From Chromera velia (lineage: Eukaryota): 56,333 nt of DNA. The DNA is taken from contig JAHBMJ010000119.1 in the NCBI GenBank assembly GCA_018398765.1, positions 1 through 56,333 of the forward strand. The letters run 5' to 3'. Shown in pieces: positions 25,333-38,167 of the stretch. The position numbers and the translations under genes are program-made. The number at the start of each line of letters is the position of its first letter. Positions within the stretch are counted from its first letter, which is position 1. Under the pieces are notes generated by a model, which did no database searches, was not told where the DNA came from, and saw nothing but the letters and a program-made list of their open reading frames with translations.

Positions 25333-28300
25333 TCTCTTCCTTCTCCCACGGAACGATTGCATCACATCGCTGGCCGTTGGTGTGAATGTATGAACATGAT
25401 ACGAGTGAATGAATATGTGACTGTTTGGCTGCAGACGGTATGCACAGGCATTTGGCTGTACTCTTGTCTGACAAAAGCCCCTCCCTCCTTTTCTTCAGTG
25501 CTTCCTGCCTGCCTGCCTACCTGCATGCCTTGTACGATAGATCGAAGATGGATTACATGCAATGTCATGTGAAATTGCACGGTGTTTATGTCATATTCTA
25601 CTAATTTTCACAATTTTTATCTGAAAAAAAAAACTCTTTTCTCCACCTGATTCGATAATGTTTTACTCGTAGATTTAATGCATGGTGAAAGCAATGCATA
25701 CAATATAGCATTAAATGTATGTTACATGGCTTATAGATACTAGGTTTGAATCCTGATACGTGTAAACATGTATTTACCAAGATGAAAGCGCGTTAAAGCG
25801 CGTCACTAAAACACTAGCTAAAATAGCCAGTAAAATGAAAAAAATGAGGAAAAGAGTCAAAGACTTATATACTACTCAGTAGTAGTATAGTTAGAAATCT
25901 GGTTCTAGATCTGGTTAGAGATCTGCCAGTGGTTAAAAATATAGTTCTAGATATAGTTTAAAACTTGTTTTACTAGAGTAACAATTCAATTGAATTTCAT
26001 GTACTTGAAAAGAGCAAATCTCAGCAAAATCAATCGTAATCGATTCTAGGATCCGACTTAGACTCGATCATGTAGTCCTTCCGGATATAAGCCTAGCCTG
26101 AGGTACATATTGAAGCTGCTAGTGAAGCTGGCTAGCTGCTAGGCTAGCTGGTTGGTTAAATTCGAAGAACAGTACTGTATGTGGCTACCGATGGTGTACA
26201 CCTTTTCTAGGTAGTGGACCGCGGGGGCATCTAGAAGATAAATCCTAGCATAGAAATCCCACATCTTATCATATCTATGAAAAAATGATTTTTTTTTCCT
26301 AGTTTTTTCTAGAAGTTTTTTTTTTAATTCTTCTAGTTGTTACTAGAAATTTAAAGCGGTGCTTCAGTTTTTTCATGAAGTTTACCGATGAAAAGCGGTC
26401 TTTCAGCTAGTGTTTCAGTAGTTCAAATTAAGTTGCACATATATGACCTTGTCACCTTCTCGCTAGCAGCGGCGCTGGGGCGAGTGAGTACAAAATGAAC
26501 GCACTGTTCAACGCAGTGAGCGATGGCCGGGGCGCTTCCGCGGTTTCTTTCCCATCTGACTCTAGATCTGACTTCAAGAGACCCAGCGTCCTTCCTTCGG
26601 CCCTTCGTTGGTTCGTTTGTCGCGTGTAATCAAAAGAAAGAGACAGCTCCTGTCTCCACATGCACTTCTTCTCTCCCTCCCTTTACGTCTCTGATGTTTC
26701 TTCCCCTCCTTCCGATTGCGCTCGCCTCAGTCAAGCTCCGCATCCCTCCATTTTTCTCTCTTCTGCCCTTCTCGCTTCTGTCTCTCGTCTGTTCTCCTTC
26801 CTCTCTGATTCCTCTTTGGCAGACCAACGCGGACCTCCGCATCAGCAGCAAGAAACAAAGGAAGACGCATAAGGAGAGACAGACAAGGATGAAGAAGAAA
26901 AGAGTCACAGCTCATCTGTGCCCAACGTGTTAATTGAGTAGATCGGTCAACCGATCAAGACACGAGGAAAGGACGTACGAAGAAAGGGGAACCAGGAGGG
27001 GCGATGGGGCAGCGGAAGGGGACAAAGGTTGGTGAGGGTTCCCGCAGTACAGCCACAGTGCCGGAAGACGAAGACGACTACGACGAGACAAATTTCTTTG
27101 TAGAAAAGAGGGGGGCGGCGCTGCTGGGAAAGAAGGCGAACAAGAAAAGGACTGGTGAAGACAAAGCACATGCGTGAGTGTTCTCGACGGTCTAGAGGCA
27201 TCGCTCTTTGCGACGGCTGTTGGCATGAACCGACCTCTTCTTTCTGCTGTTTCTTCTTTCTTCCTTTCTTTCTTTCGTTGTCTCTTCTTTGTTTTTTAAT
27301 TTTGTTCCCTTTCCCCCTGCCGTCCCACTCCCTTGCCCCGACGCGATCAACCAGACAAAGAGAAAGAAGGAAAGAGTCTATGAATGAATTGCTGTCAGCG
27401 CAAGCGGTTTTGTCGGTCGGTCGGAACCACACAAAAACAACATCAACGGCGGACAAGTGAATCAAGTCAAGGCATGATGGTGAACGGTAAAAACAGAAAG
27501 AAGGAAGGAAGGAAGGAAGGAAGGACGGGCCAAGCCAGAGAGAGAGAGAGAGGAGAGAGAGCTTGCCACTTACTCTGTTAGAATCCCTGTCCCCCCCCCC
27601 CACCGCCCACGTGACCCTGGAGAGTCTTTGAAAAGAACAAGGCGCCTCTGCTGACTACACGCCTTTCTCTTCTCCCCTTTTCGTTCCCCCCCTTCCCCCC
27701 ATTTTTGAATTCTCGGGCACGAGAGAGTACGACAGAAAGAAGAAAGGGGCAGAAGGTGAAGAAGACACAGAGAGAGGTAAAGGCAAGACGACAAAACAGA
27801 ACGCAGCGGAACAAGGAGAGAAGGGAGGAAGGAAGGATCGCCCATGACCTTCTGAAATTCCCAAGTTTCGATTTCCTTTTCTTTTCTTCTCCCCGTGCAG
27901 AAATGAATCGGTTGGTCGGTCGGTCAGTGGAAACCTGGGGGGGGACAAAAAAAACGATCGAATCAAGAAAGAAAGAATGCGGTCCAACGCATCTCCTCTC
28001 CTTTACAGAAAGAGAATCACGCTGGAGGAAATTATGGGGTGATGATCAGAATGGAATCGCAGCGATTTTAACAAGTAACTGACTGTCTCTCTGCCGGTGT
28101 GTCTGACTCACTGACTGACCACAATCGTGATGCATCCATTCATCCATCCATGGATTCATCCATCAGGTGAAGACTGAAAGAGAGAGAAGAGAAATCCTCC
28201 CTCCCCCCCTCTGCACGGCTGGAATCCATGTAGAGCTTTGCAGAACAGAATGTAACAGAGAGTAAAGACAGCACAGTCAAATTTCCACCTCACCACCATC

Positions 28301-28340
28301 TCCCTTCCTTCGCTCGGTTCACTCCTGCTGGCTCGTCCCT

Positions 28341-29165
28341 TCACTTTCGGTACTGTGCGCCGTACGGGTACCCAGGGTAGCCGTACGCTGGCGGGGCGAC
28401 CGTTGCAGCTGTGGGTGGGTAGTAAGCGTACTGTGCAGGCTGCGCGTATTGCTGCGGGGGCACGGGAACTGGGGCAGGGTATTGAGTGACGGTCGGGGGT
28501 CTGATGCTGGCAGCTGCGGGGTTGTAGGTGGGTTCGCTGAATCTGACAACGGGGTTTGGGTTTTGTGAGTTGTTGAGCTGCTGTTGGGGGACTACGGCAG
28601 TTTGGATGGCGGCCGGTTGGGGTGCGGGGTAGGTGGGGAGCATCATCGGGACAGGCGTGCCCTGCTGGCTGCCGGCGACACTCGGTGCCTGGCTCCTTGA
28701 GAAGTGTTGAGAGTATCCCAGAGAGGGCACAGGCATCGTGACGGGCCCTGGCATCGACAAAGCAGGGGCTACGGGTGGGGCCACAGAGGGCATGTAGCCT
28801 CCAGCTTGAATGAGGCCGGGAGTGTGCACGCCCTTGTACTTTGGGGGTGCAAGGGAAGAGACTCCGGCATACTGAGCAGGCTTGATGTCCTTCGAGTGGA
28901 TGAAGCCAATGCCATACTGCATACATACACGCACACACGTAGAAGCAACAGAAAGGAAAGAGGTAGAGGCATGTGCGTGATGCACTGCTGGTAGTTAAGA
29001 AAAAGGAAAGCGTGGATGGATGGAACTTACTGGCAGTTTGACTTCATAGATTCCCTCTGCAGGTCGGTACTTTACAACGTCTCCTTCACCGTAGGGGGTC
29101 GCCACACGCCCAGAGTGGGACGCAGTGGGAAATGTGGGCATCGGATTTACGATGTAATGAAACAT
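28341..29165 (-). CDS. Small protein with an N-terminal TPYG beta-barrel-like (SH3/KOW-like) module and a Pro/Gln/Tyr/Ala-rich low-complexity tail, 2 exons, ~236 aa
   Basis: Exon 29165-29031 (MFHYIVNP...RVATPYGEGDVVKYRPAEGIYEVKLP, donor GTAAGT) splices in phase 0 to 28916-28341 (YGIGFIHSKDIKP...PQQYAQPAQYAYYPP...YGYPGYPYGAQYRK). The fold assignment is inferred from the motif pattern. Confidence 0.8.
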
Positions 29166-30159
29166 TCTGACTGGGAGTTTCTTTCAGGTAAGGCTTGAGT
29201 CTTTTTGTGAACACCGAGCTTTCTTTAAGATAGTCAAGTATTTTTTTCTTTTCTCGATCGACGGTTCAAGAGACGAAAACCACTCCGTAAGAATCGGGTC
29301 GATGGAAGCTATGACAGGACTTGGAGCTCTTGCAGGCTGAGAAAAGATGTCCTTCTGCGCAGATTCATGGCTGGTAACTGGAAGGTCGCTGAAAGCCAGC
29401 TTCTCATGCAAAATCTGGCCTTGCAGTACGAACACACTGAATTTCTACGCAGAAAGGCGGTTCAAAAAATTTCAAAAATGCATCTCAATATTTTGATGCT
29501 CCTGCGGAGCATGCCGTGGCCCCGGTGAAAAGGGGAAACCGGGGGTCGCGCATTATCGCGCATGAAGGCCTAAATACAACTAAAAATTAGTCTGAAATTC
29601 TCACTCATAGTTATAGCAAATCGATCTGCAAACTGTCTACAATAAATATTCTTTACCTGAGTTTATAAAGCTAATTTGCCATATTTTTTCTAATATTTTT
29701 AAAAAGGAAAAAATGACGATCTAGAGAATGATTGACTCATTTTCTAGTTAATGTGATCTCTCAATACACTAATAACTCGATTAGGTTTGATACAAAAACA
29801 CAGTAAAAATATCTGTGAAAAAGCCCCAGACACGGAGGACGGTCCGAGAACCGGGGAGGAGTGAGCCAACAGTATTTAACCTAGTCTTTGATAGTGTATT
29901 ACAGTGTCTGCATATATGTCTACATCACTTACACAATAGTTACTCTTTCATCATCTTTCACCCTTTGTCCTAGCCTTTATCTCTCTTGCTGTCTGTCTAA
30001 GACACTGTCAGTTTCTCTACTTCAGTCTGGGTGCATCGGCCTCGATCTCTTTCTCCTATGCAGAACCGTACATCCATCTGGCTCTTTCCCTCTCTCGCTC
30101 TCTATCTCTCTCTGATTATGAGTCTTCGTCTGCCACCTGTCTACTAACGCGCGCACGTA

Positions 30160-30187
30160 CACACACACATACATACATACATATACA

Positions 30188-30272
<85 letters not shown>

Positions 30273-30362
30273 TTCATATTCTTACTGCTACATCGCACGC
30301 ACATTTCTCAGACTAACAAGGCTTAGCTCGCATAGGTACAGATCACACATGCATGGACGGAG

Positions 30363-30443
<81 letters not shown>
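30160..30443. repeat. Two adjacent compound (CA)n(GA)n microsatellites
   Basis: Both copies carry the same GAAAAG interruption in the GA tract (about 30254 and 30424), suggesting a local duplication. Confidence 0.85.
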
Positions 30444-30873
30444 ACGGAAGATAAGATAGGGACGTGCTAAGGAATGTTCCCTTTCCTTCAAAGTTTCTAA
30501 GGCTTTCATTTCATTCACAGACTGATACGCAAAATATTCAAAATTGTGCAGTGCAAAAAGAGGCAGTGGCCCTGGGCAGTGACCCCAAAGCAGGCAAGCA
30601 ACCCAGAGAGTTGTGAGTGTGATTTCAAGCAAGCAGACCTCGGTGCACCACCTGGTGGTCGTACAAAAGAATATGCAGGTGAACACACACTGAGAGACAA
30701 CCATATACACTAGCATATACAGGCCCTGCGATACAGTGGAGCGGGAATATTACAGAGCCTTTCAGAGGAAGCTCTCATGCACGTACGCACAAAAACACAC
30801 GAGGCAGAAAGGCCGACACAATGAAATACATCATGGATGTAGTCCTGCTAGAGCCTTGAAGCATAAGCTACCC

Positions 30874-30924
<51 letters not shown>

Positions 30925-32717
30925 CTCTCTCTTTCTCTCTCTCTGTCTCGCTCTCACTCTCGCTCTCACACTCTCTCTCTCTGCCTCCTAGCTTCATACA
31001 CATACGCATATACAGTGACCTACATACAATGTCATACAGACAAACATACGGAGAAGCAGACAGATAGGTAGGTAGGCAGCAGGTGGGTAGGCAGGCAGAC
31101 AGGCCATATTTTCATTTTAGGGGAGGGGAATTTTTTATAGACAGTAAGACAGACCTAGAAGACAGACAAATAGTCAGTCACTGTGACTGTCTGTCGCTGT
31201 CAGTCGATCAGTGGGTCAGTCAGTCAGTCAGTCAGTCTTTCGCCCTTGTGCTTCTCCTTAGAGTCTCAGCACTCCTGCACTCAATCGACGTGCACCCGGT
31301 CACTCAAAGGAGACGAATTTCAATATACACATAGCCTAAGGGACACAGAAAAATGTGGAATGGAGAAAGCCGGACAGAGCACACGAAGACAAAACCACGT
31401 CACAGACTGGCATCCACGCATATAAATACTGGAAAAATTTGTTTACAGAGGCACCGTGTATCGAAACGAGTATCGTGAACAACAACGGGGGGATACTTTA
31501 AGACAGATATATAGACGGACACGGAAACCCAACACGCCTACTCATTTACCCATTTACTCAAACACACAAGGATTTACAGCCCAAAGTCAGTACAGACAGG
31601 AAATCATATATATTACATGGCAGGCTTAAACTGTGTCAAAGAGGGTGAATAGAGCTAGAGGAAAGCCATAGGCGGCCGGGTTCAGCAGCTCGCTCACGGC
31701 AGAGAGTCGCATGCGCTTGCTAGCAGATTGTCCCTGGCTGTCTCCCTTTCATTTATGGAGTCAAATAAACAGGAGGAATACGAAGACAGGACCAGATTGA
31801 CCACTCACCTTTCCTTGGAGCAGGACAGGTGGGGACCTGACCAAAGGACAGATCTGCTTAGTCCGGAAACAATATGAAACTTGCAACTGACAGATTGAGA
31901 TGCGCGGAGACGGCATTTGAAGAGTAGTGTTTTCACCCAGCTCTCACTCACTCTCACACCCACGTCTACCCACGTCCGTCATTAAGTTGAAGATTTCCCT
32001 CATCTGCTTACCCACATTACAAAGTCTGACAAAGCTGTCGAACAGCGCATCTGATAGTATATCTGAATTCAGACCTCAGAGGCGGTCGAATTCAATCATG
32101 CATGCGCAAAATTTTTACTGCGCGGTCCCGTAAGGCGTTTGCGACCCGAAATGTGGGGAAGCAAGTAAGTGGCGCGCGTGCGAAATTCGGTGTAGGGGGC
32201 GGGGCTCACCTTTACTTTTTTCCTTTCGGTTTGGGCTACAGATACCGTGGCTCGGGGGCCACGGCATTTAAAAAAAAACTTCTCGGTCGGGGCGCCGGGC
32301 GGCGCACGGATGAGCGGTGAAAACCGCGCGCGCGCGGCGGCGCGGACTCTGAAAGGAGCGCCACATTCGAATTCGCGCGGCCCTCCACGCGCCCAGACAC
32401 CCGAGACATATGCCAAGATGCAATAAATTGAAGACCCCGGAGCAAGACCCTTCACGTTGAGTTGAAGACAGACTTCCAGATATATATTTCCAGATTATAT
32501 TATTAGAGCTGTCAGAATCAAGAAGTTGCAGAAAAAGATCCAGAAGCAGATTCGGTGGAGAGGTCAGGTTGTGACAGCTGTGTGCAAGGGAGCTGGCCTC
32601 GTGCAGCCGTGCATCAGCCGTACAGCTGTCAGACTGAAGTTGGCTCATTTTCTGGATCCTGAACTTTTGAACCTTGTTTACCAATCCAAGCCAAAATATA
32701 CAAACTAATTCCGGGCA

Positions 32718-35700
32718 ATGGAGCCGGTTGTGCAAGCTCGAGAGTCCAGGCTCTCTGATAAAGCTGATTGTGCTTGTGCTGGTGCTGACAATGCCAGTTC
32801 ACCCGATGCAGAGACGCCCTCCGTAGACGTAGGCGGAGACGGAGACGGGCCTTCAAGTAAGAGGCTGCATGAGAGAGCTGTCGAGGAAGCAGTTGGGAAA
32901 GAGGGGTCAGAAAATTTTTTGGATACCACCTCTGAGGCAGGATCTGTTTTTGCTATGACCTGCATCAGTCTGAATGAAGATGAAGAAGAAGACAGAAGGA
33001 GCAGTGACGGCTTGCAGGGTCCCGGAGGAATGTTTGACGGGGGTGAAGGGGAGGAGGGCTTTTCGGATGTGGGATCCGACACCTCAGACATGGAGGGGGT
33101 GTTTACTGCTGACGGTGTTTCCTTTGATTTCTTCGAGTGGCTCAGACTCAGAAAGCTGGACAAAACGTCTTTCGCTTCTGTTCTTCGGGAGAGTTACATG
33201 AAGGCCGCCAAGTTGGCGAGAGGGAGTCGGGCATTTGCAGAAAAATCGGAGCACAAAGAAGAGAAAGAGACGGAGACTGAGGAGGTCGAAGGAAGGATGG
33301 AGACTTGGTCTTGGAGTGCGAATGAAAGTGTGGGGTCGAATGGGAGTGTGAATGCCGATGAGGAGTCGCGGGGATCGATTTGGACTCGGAAAATGGCTCT
33401 GTGTGACTTCTTCTGTCGGGCAGCCGAGTGTGCGAACTCAAAAGCCAAGGAGATGGACCTACCTTGGAGAGTATCTTTTGATTCAGAGGTCAACTTGCTT
33501 CATGAATGCAGGGAAGGAAGCATGGTCTGCATGTGTTGGGAGATAAATGGGGAGAGAGTCGTGGGGTTGATGACACAGAGGGTTTTCCGCGTGAAGGAGA
33601 AAAAATAAAATCATGACTGAATCACCGCGAGAGAAGATGGGTGGCTCCTTGACGATTGTCCGACTGCTTTCGCATCAATGTGCATTCAAAGGCATCCGCT
33701 TTCAAACTTTGATCGTTTTTTTTTTTTTTTCTTGGTCTCTCCTACTTTGCCTTTACTCTCTCAAATGTACTTGTATCAAAATCTGTTTCTCGCCCTGTTC
33801 TATCTATCTGGTTTTTTGACTGCAGGTCGGGCTTGTCCACTTCGGCATTCTTCCTGAGGCCCTCGGAGGATTCGAGTCGGACCCCTCTCAGCTGATCCTC
33901 TCCCAGCTCGGCCTCCGAGAAGATGCCCCCGTCTCCCTCTGCATCATCGTCAACTTCGATGAGTGCTCAGCGGTCAGCCTTCCCTACTCTGACTGCAGAG
34001 CTAGAGAAAAGCAAATCATGTAGACAGACTGATGAATGGGTGCATGACTTGAGGAGGAAGAAACAAGACGAACACACGATGAGCAAATAGAAGAAGAGGC
34101 ATAGAGAGAGACCATTGTCGAAGTGTCGCGGGAATAAGCACACACTGGGTCAGTCAGTGACAACGTTGTCTCAATGGGAAGGTAAGCAGTCAGTCCTACC
34201 GGCAGGCAACTGTGGATTTAGAAGTCTCACTCCGCTTCTTTCTTGCTTTTCGATTTCTGCGCTCATGTTGACTTCGATTGTTTGCCATGCATGGCTCACG
34301 CTCGTTCGGTTCTGTGCATTGCATGTCGCCTACCTGACATGCTGTTTTTCGCTTCTTCTTGCAGACACCGGAAGGGGGACTGGGTGAGGGTGTCGACGCG
34401 TTTCCCCTCAAGAGGGAGACCGTGGAGAGTCTTCAGTTCTTCGCCTCCCAAGCCCCCCCCAAGGGTAAGGGTGAGACAGGGGCAGGAGCTGCCGCGAGGC
34501 CGACGGGAGACGACGCACTCCAACTGCCCCGTGGAGATTCGAATGACAGTGCTGCTGTTGGGGTGCCCGACTCTGTCGAGCCTCAGGAGGCAGAGGGACA
34601 CAAGGGGCAGGGGGGGGTCGGGGTCAAGCGTTCGTATTCGACCCGGTGTCGCCAACTTCTACGGAAGATGGCGTTTGAAGGGAGCCAGTGGGATGGTGTA
34701 GGGACTTCGGTTGTCCTTCCCTCCCTTTTCCGTTGGGCGTTTGGGAGGGAGAACGAGAACACCACCCAGAGCCCTCATGCTGACGATCTTCTCTATCGTG
34801 TCATGGGTTCCGTCTGTAATTTTTTCCAAATGCCGGGTAGACGGTGTGTGGTTTGCATGAATCCCATAGCTGTAGAGACAGGTCTCCTGACCTCCTGCAA
34901 ATCCCCTGAGTGCACCGCCACGTTCTTTGCTCTCGAGTCTCTAGTGGACACCCCGTTGACTGACCATCTCATCGGAGAGCCGTTGATGGTCGATTTGCGG
35001 GTGCGTTTGTTCCGAGAAGCCATGGCTCGGTCAGGCTCAGCCAAAAAAACGCCTGTTAACCCATTCCCTCCCAACCTGATCCACCCGCAAAACCGACTGC
35101 AACATTGGAATGCAGCCCGGCATCTCGTCCGTCTGCTGCCTTCCGCCTATGAGATGCTCCACGTGCTCGGCATCTCCCCCTCCTCAGACCCCGATGCGAA
35201 GGCCTCTGCAAAAGCAGCAGCCGATTCGGGTCTCGGAAGGCTTCGAGAGTTCCTAGCGAGTCGCCTTCAGGCTGCTGCGTCCTTTTCCTCTTCTGCCAAC
35301 CCCGCAGTAACAGTCGAGAGGGGAGACAGCAACTCCTCTCAGTCAGGGTGGAGGCCCAAGTCAAATGAGGAGTACGCACTCCAGAAGGCTCTGATGGCAT
35401 CCTTTGAACAAGCAGCGTCCCAGCCGAAAGAAGAGGGCGGGGGAGACGGAGGGACAGGGGGGCAGAAGGAGGAGGGACATCCCTCAGCAGCTGTCTCCTG
35501 CTCCTCATACCAATGCACCCACACAAGGGGTGACTTCCAACAAGCCTGTGACCTCGAGATTGCAAGAAGAAATGGGGAGGGAGACGCTCAGAAGAAGAGC
35601 AGTGAGGAGCAAGAAAGGGGAAGCGCTCCCTCTTCTTCATCCTCTTCTTCCTCTTCGTCTAGCAGCGTTGGTGTAGATGTGTTGAAGGAGGGGGCGTTTG

Positions 35701-38127
35701 AGAAGGCAGGTTCGGCTTCCGAGAGCGATAAAGAGACGCTCCAAGCCCTTCAGAACGAAGACCTCATACTGCAATTGACTCTCGAAAAGTCTCTAGCAGA
35801 GTGTAAGGGAGAGGATGGAGATGGGAGGCATATTGGTTCTCCCAGGGGGGCACATTGGGAGAGAGAGGCCCCATCCTCTTCTTCTGGGAGGGACAAGAAA
35901 CAGTGGCGAAGACGTCACTTTCAGCCTCGGAGTGTTGATCCGTACACAGAAGAAGAATTCCTCCGTGCCAGTGCATTGGCTTTGCTGCGAGCATCGGAAA
36001 GGAAGTCGAAAGGGGCGGGGGATGTTGCAGCTGCCGGAGCATTGACAGCTGAAGCAGCGAGTCCGGCTGCTCAAGAGTCTGATCTGAGCAGTCGAAACAA
36101 TCTTTCTTCTTTTTCCTCTTCTTCTGCTGCTCCTGCTCCTTGTGGTATCGGTATTGGTATCGGGAAAGAAAGGCAGGAGATTGCTTCTCCCAACGACAAC
36201 GCTGGCAGCTTTGCGCAGATGAGTTCTTGTAAGGACAAAGAGACGGTGAAAGAAGTTTCAGAGAAGGACGGAGCAGAGCTTTCAGTCCGTTGTGGGAGGG
36301 TGAAGGAGGGGGGGAGAACCTGCGACGACGCTCTTTCGGGAGTGTCGGGAAGTGAGTGGATGTCTCTCCGGGGGATATATGCAGACTCCGAGAGTGAGGC
36401 TGCGTCCCTCCGTCCCTCGGGAGGCAAAGTTGGCCTCCTCTGTGATCGTTTAGGGGGAGATGGTAGGGGGGAATGCGAAGAGGTTCCGAGAAGTGAGGTT
36501 TGCAGTGAGTGGTGTGGGGTGGAAGGGGATGGGGGGTCCTCAGAGGCTGCTTTGAGTGAGTCTCATCTGGATCTTCTTGGACAGAGCGGGCAGGTGGGGG
36601 GTGTAGAGCGATGGGAAGCTCTGTCGGTAGGTGGATGTGCAAATGGTATGAAGAGAGGGCCGGGTTCTGACGTTGATTCCTTCTTGAACATTCAAACGGA
36701 ACCATCGAAGTGGTGTCAGAGCGTGGGGATGGGGGGGGAAGAAGAGGAAGGGACAGAAGAGTCTCCATACGCACATCTCGAATCCGTTCCGTCACAGAAA
36801 TCTCCTCCGAGAGAGGGCACCGAGAAAGAGAAAGAGGATTCCCCCAAAATACCTGGTTCTATTCCGCAACAGGAGCAAGAGACAGAGCAAGACAGTGAGG
36901 CAGCCTCTCCTTCGCCTTCCTTATCAACGGACAGAAAATGCCTTCTTTCCTATCTCAAGGAGATCTTAAAAAAGAATCAGGAGAAGGAGGAACTCAAAAA
37001 ATTGAAATCCGAACCGACCAAGAGTCTTGCCGAAATGTACGCCGAAGCATATGCAGAAGCCAGAAAGCATCATCATGATGCAGTTGCATCCACGCAGCCT
37101 GGCCCCCTTCCAAAAGCTTCCCCTCCCGTTCCCCCAACTCACCCAGCTTCCAGCTCCTCTTCCGCTGCCCCCCCTCCCCCAGCTCCTCACACTTCCAGCG
37201 CTTCCCAAGCAGCCCCCCCTGCCTTCTCCCCTTTTCTCACCCAAGTCGCCCTCTCCCTCAGTGCATCAACAGATCTCGAAGCTCCGCAACGGGCCTTGAT
37301 CGACCCATGGGCCCAGAAGGATCAGGGCTGCCTCGTGTGTCACCGCTCTTTTGCGGTCGTGCTCCGAGTGAATGCTGATGGGACGACTAGCAGGGAGTGC
37401 AGATTCTGTCAGAGTGCCGCGACGCGAGGTTGAATGTCAAACCCACCAAACAAGCACACCCAGCAGGATCCTTCGACTTCGCCCCCCCCAACCTTGAAGT
37501 TCCCGATTCTCCCATGAAGTCTCTGCGTGATGACTTGAATGAGAGATCCGATGCAAGACCCGATTAGCCGTTTGGAGACAATGCCCTCTACGAGCTTCTC
37601 TGTTTCCTCACGGCGAGTCCTGCACAGAAGTTGAGACTGGAACCAGAGGAGGGAGGGCCGTTGAGTCTATCCAAGTACAAGTGCCTCCAGTACCTCAATA
37701 AGGACGCGGGCTGGGTGAGGCAAGCCACAGTCTCGCCTTCCTGCCACACAGTCGGTCAGTCAGTCGGAGTTTTTTATTTTATCATGGGCTTCGTGTTTTT
37801 TGAGAGTGATGACTGCTCGCCGCTGAAGGATTCGAACATTCGCTTGAGCGATTCGACAGGAAGCCGGTCAGGAGGCCGGAACGCAGGGGACCTTTTTGAG
37901 GGTGGCAACGGGTATCATCGTCTTTTTTGTACACAAAATGGTGATTGGGTATGTTAAGTTGTACACAAAGTGTGAGTCAGTATGTTGATGTTGAATTCAG
38001 GCGCGCACTGTTCTTGGTGGCTTTGCTAGTTTGAGTCCCTTCTTGCGTACGTCTGTGTTCGATTTGCATGTACCGCTGTCGGTTTCATCTTTCTGCCTCT
38101 CCGTTCCTCCCTCTCTCCTCTGTCTGT

Positions 38128-38167
<40 letters not shown>

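Noticed and set aside
25670..25756. tRNA B-box-like GGTTTGAATCC with a possible upstream A-box
   Set aside because: No cloverleaf can be folded. At most it is a decayed SINE or tRNA relic.
37431..37433. TGA as selenocysteine in the PARP-like ORF
   Set aside because: The same frame hits further TGA stops within about 100 nt, and the homologous sequence continues in a different frame.
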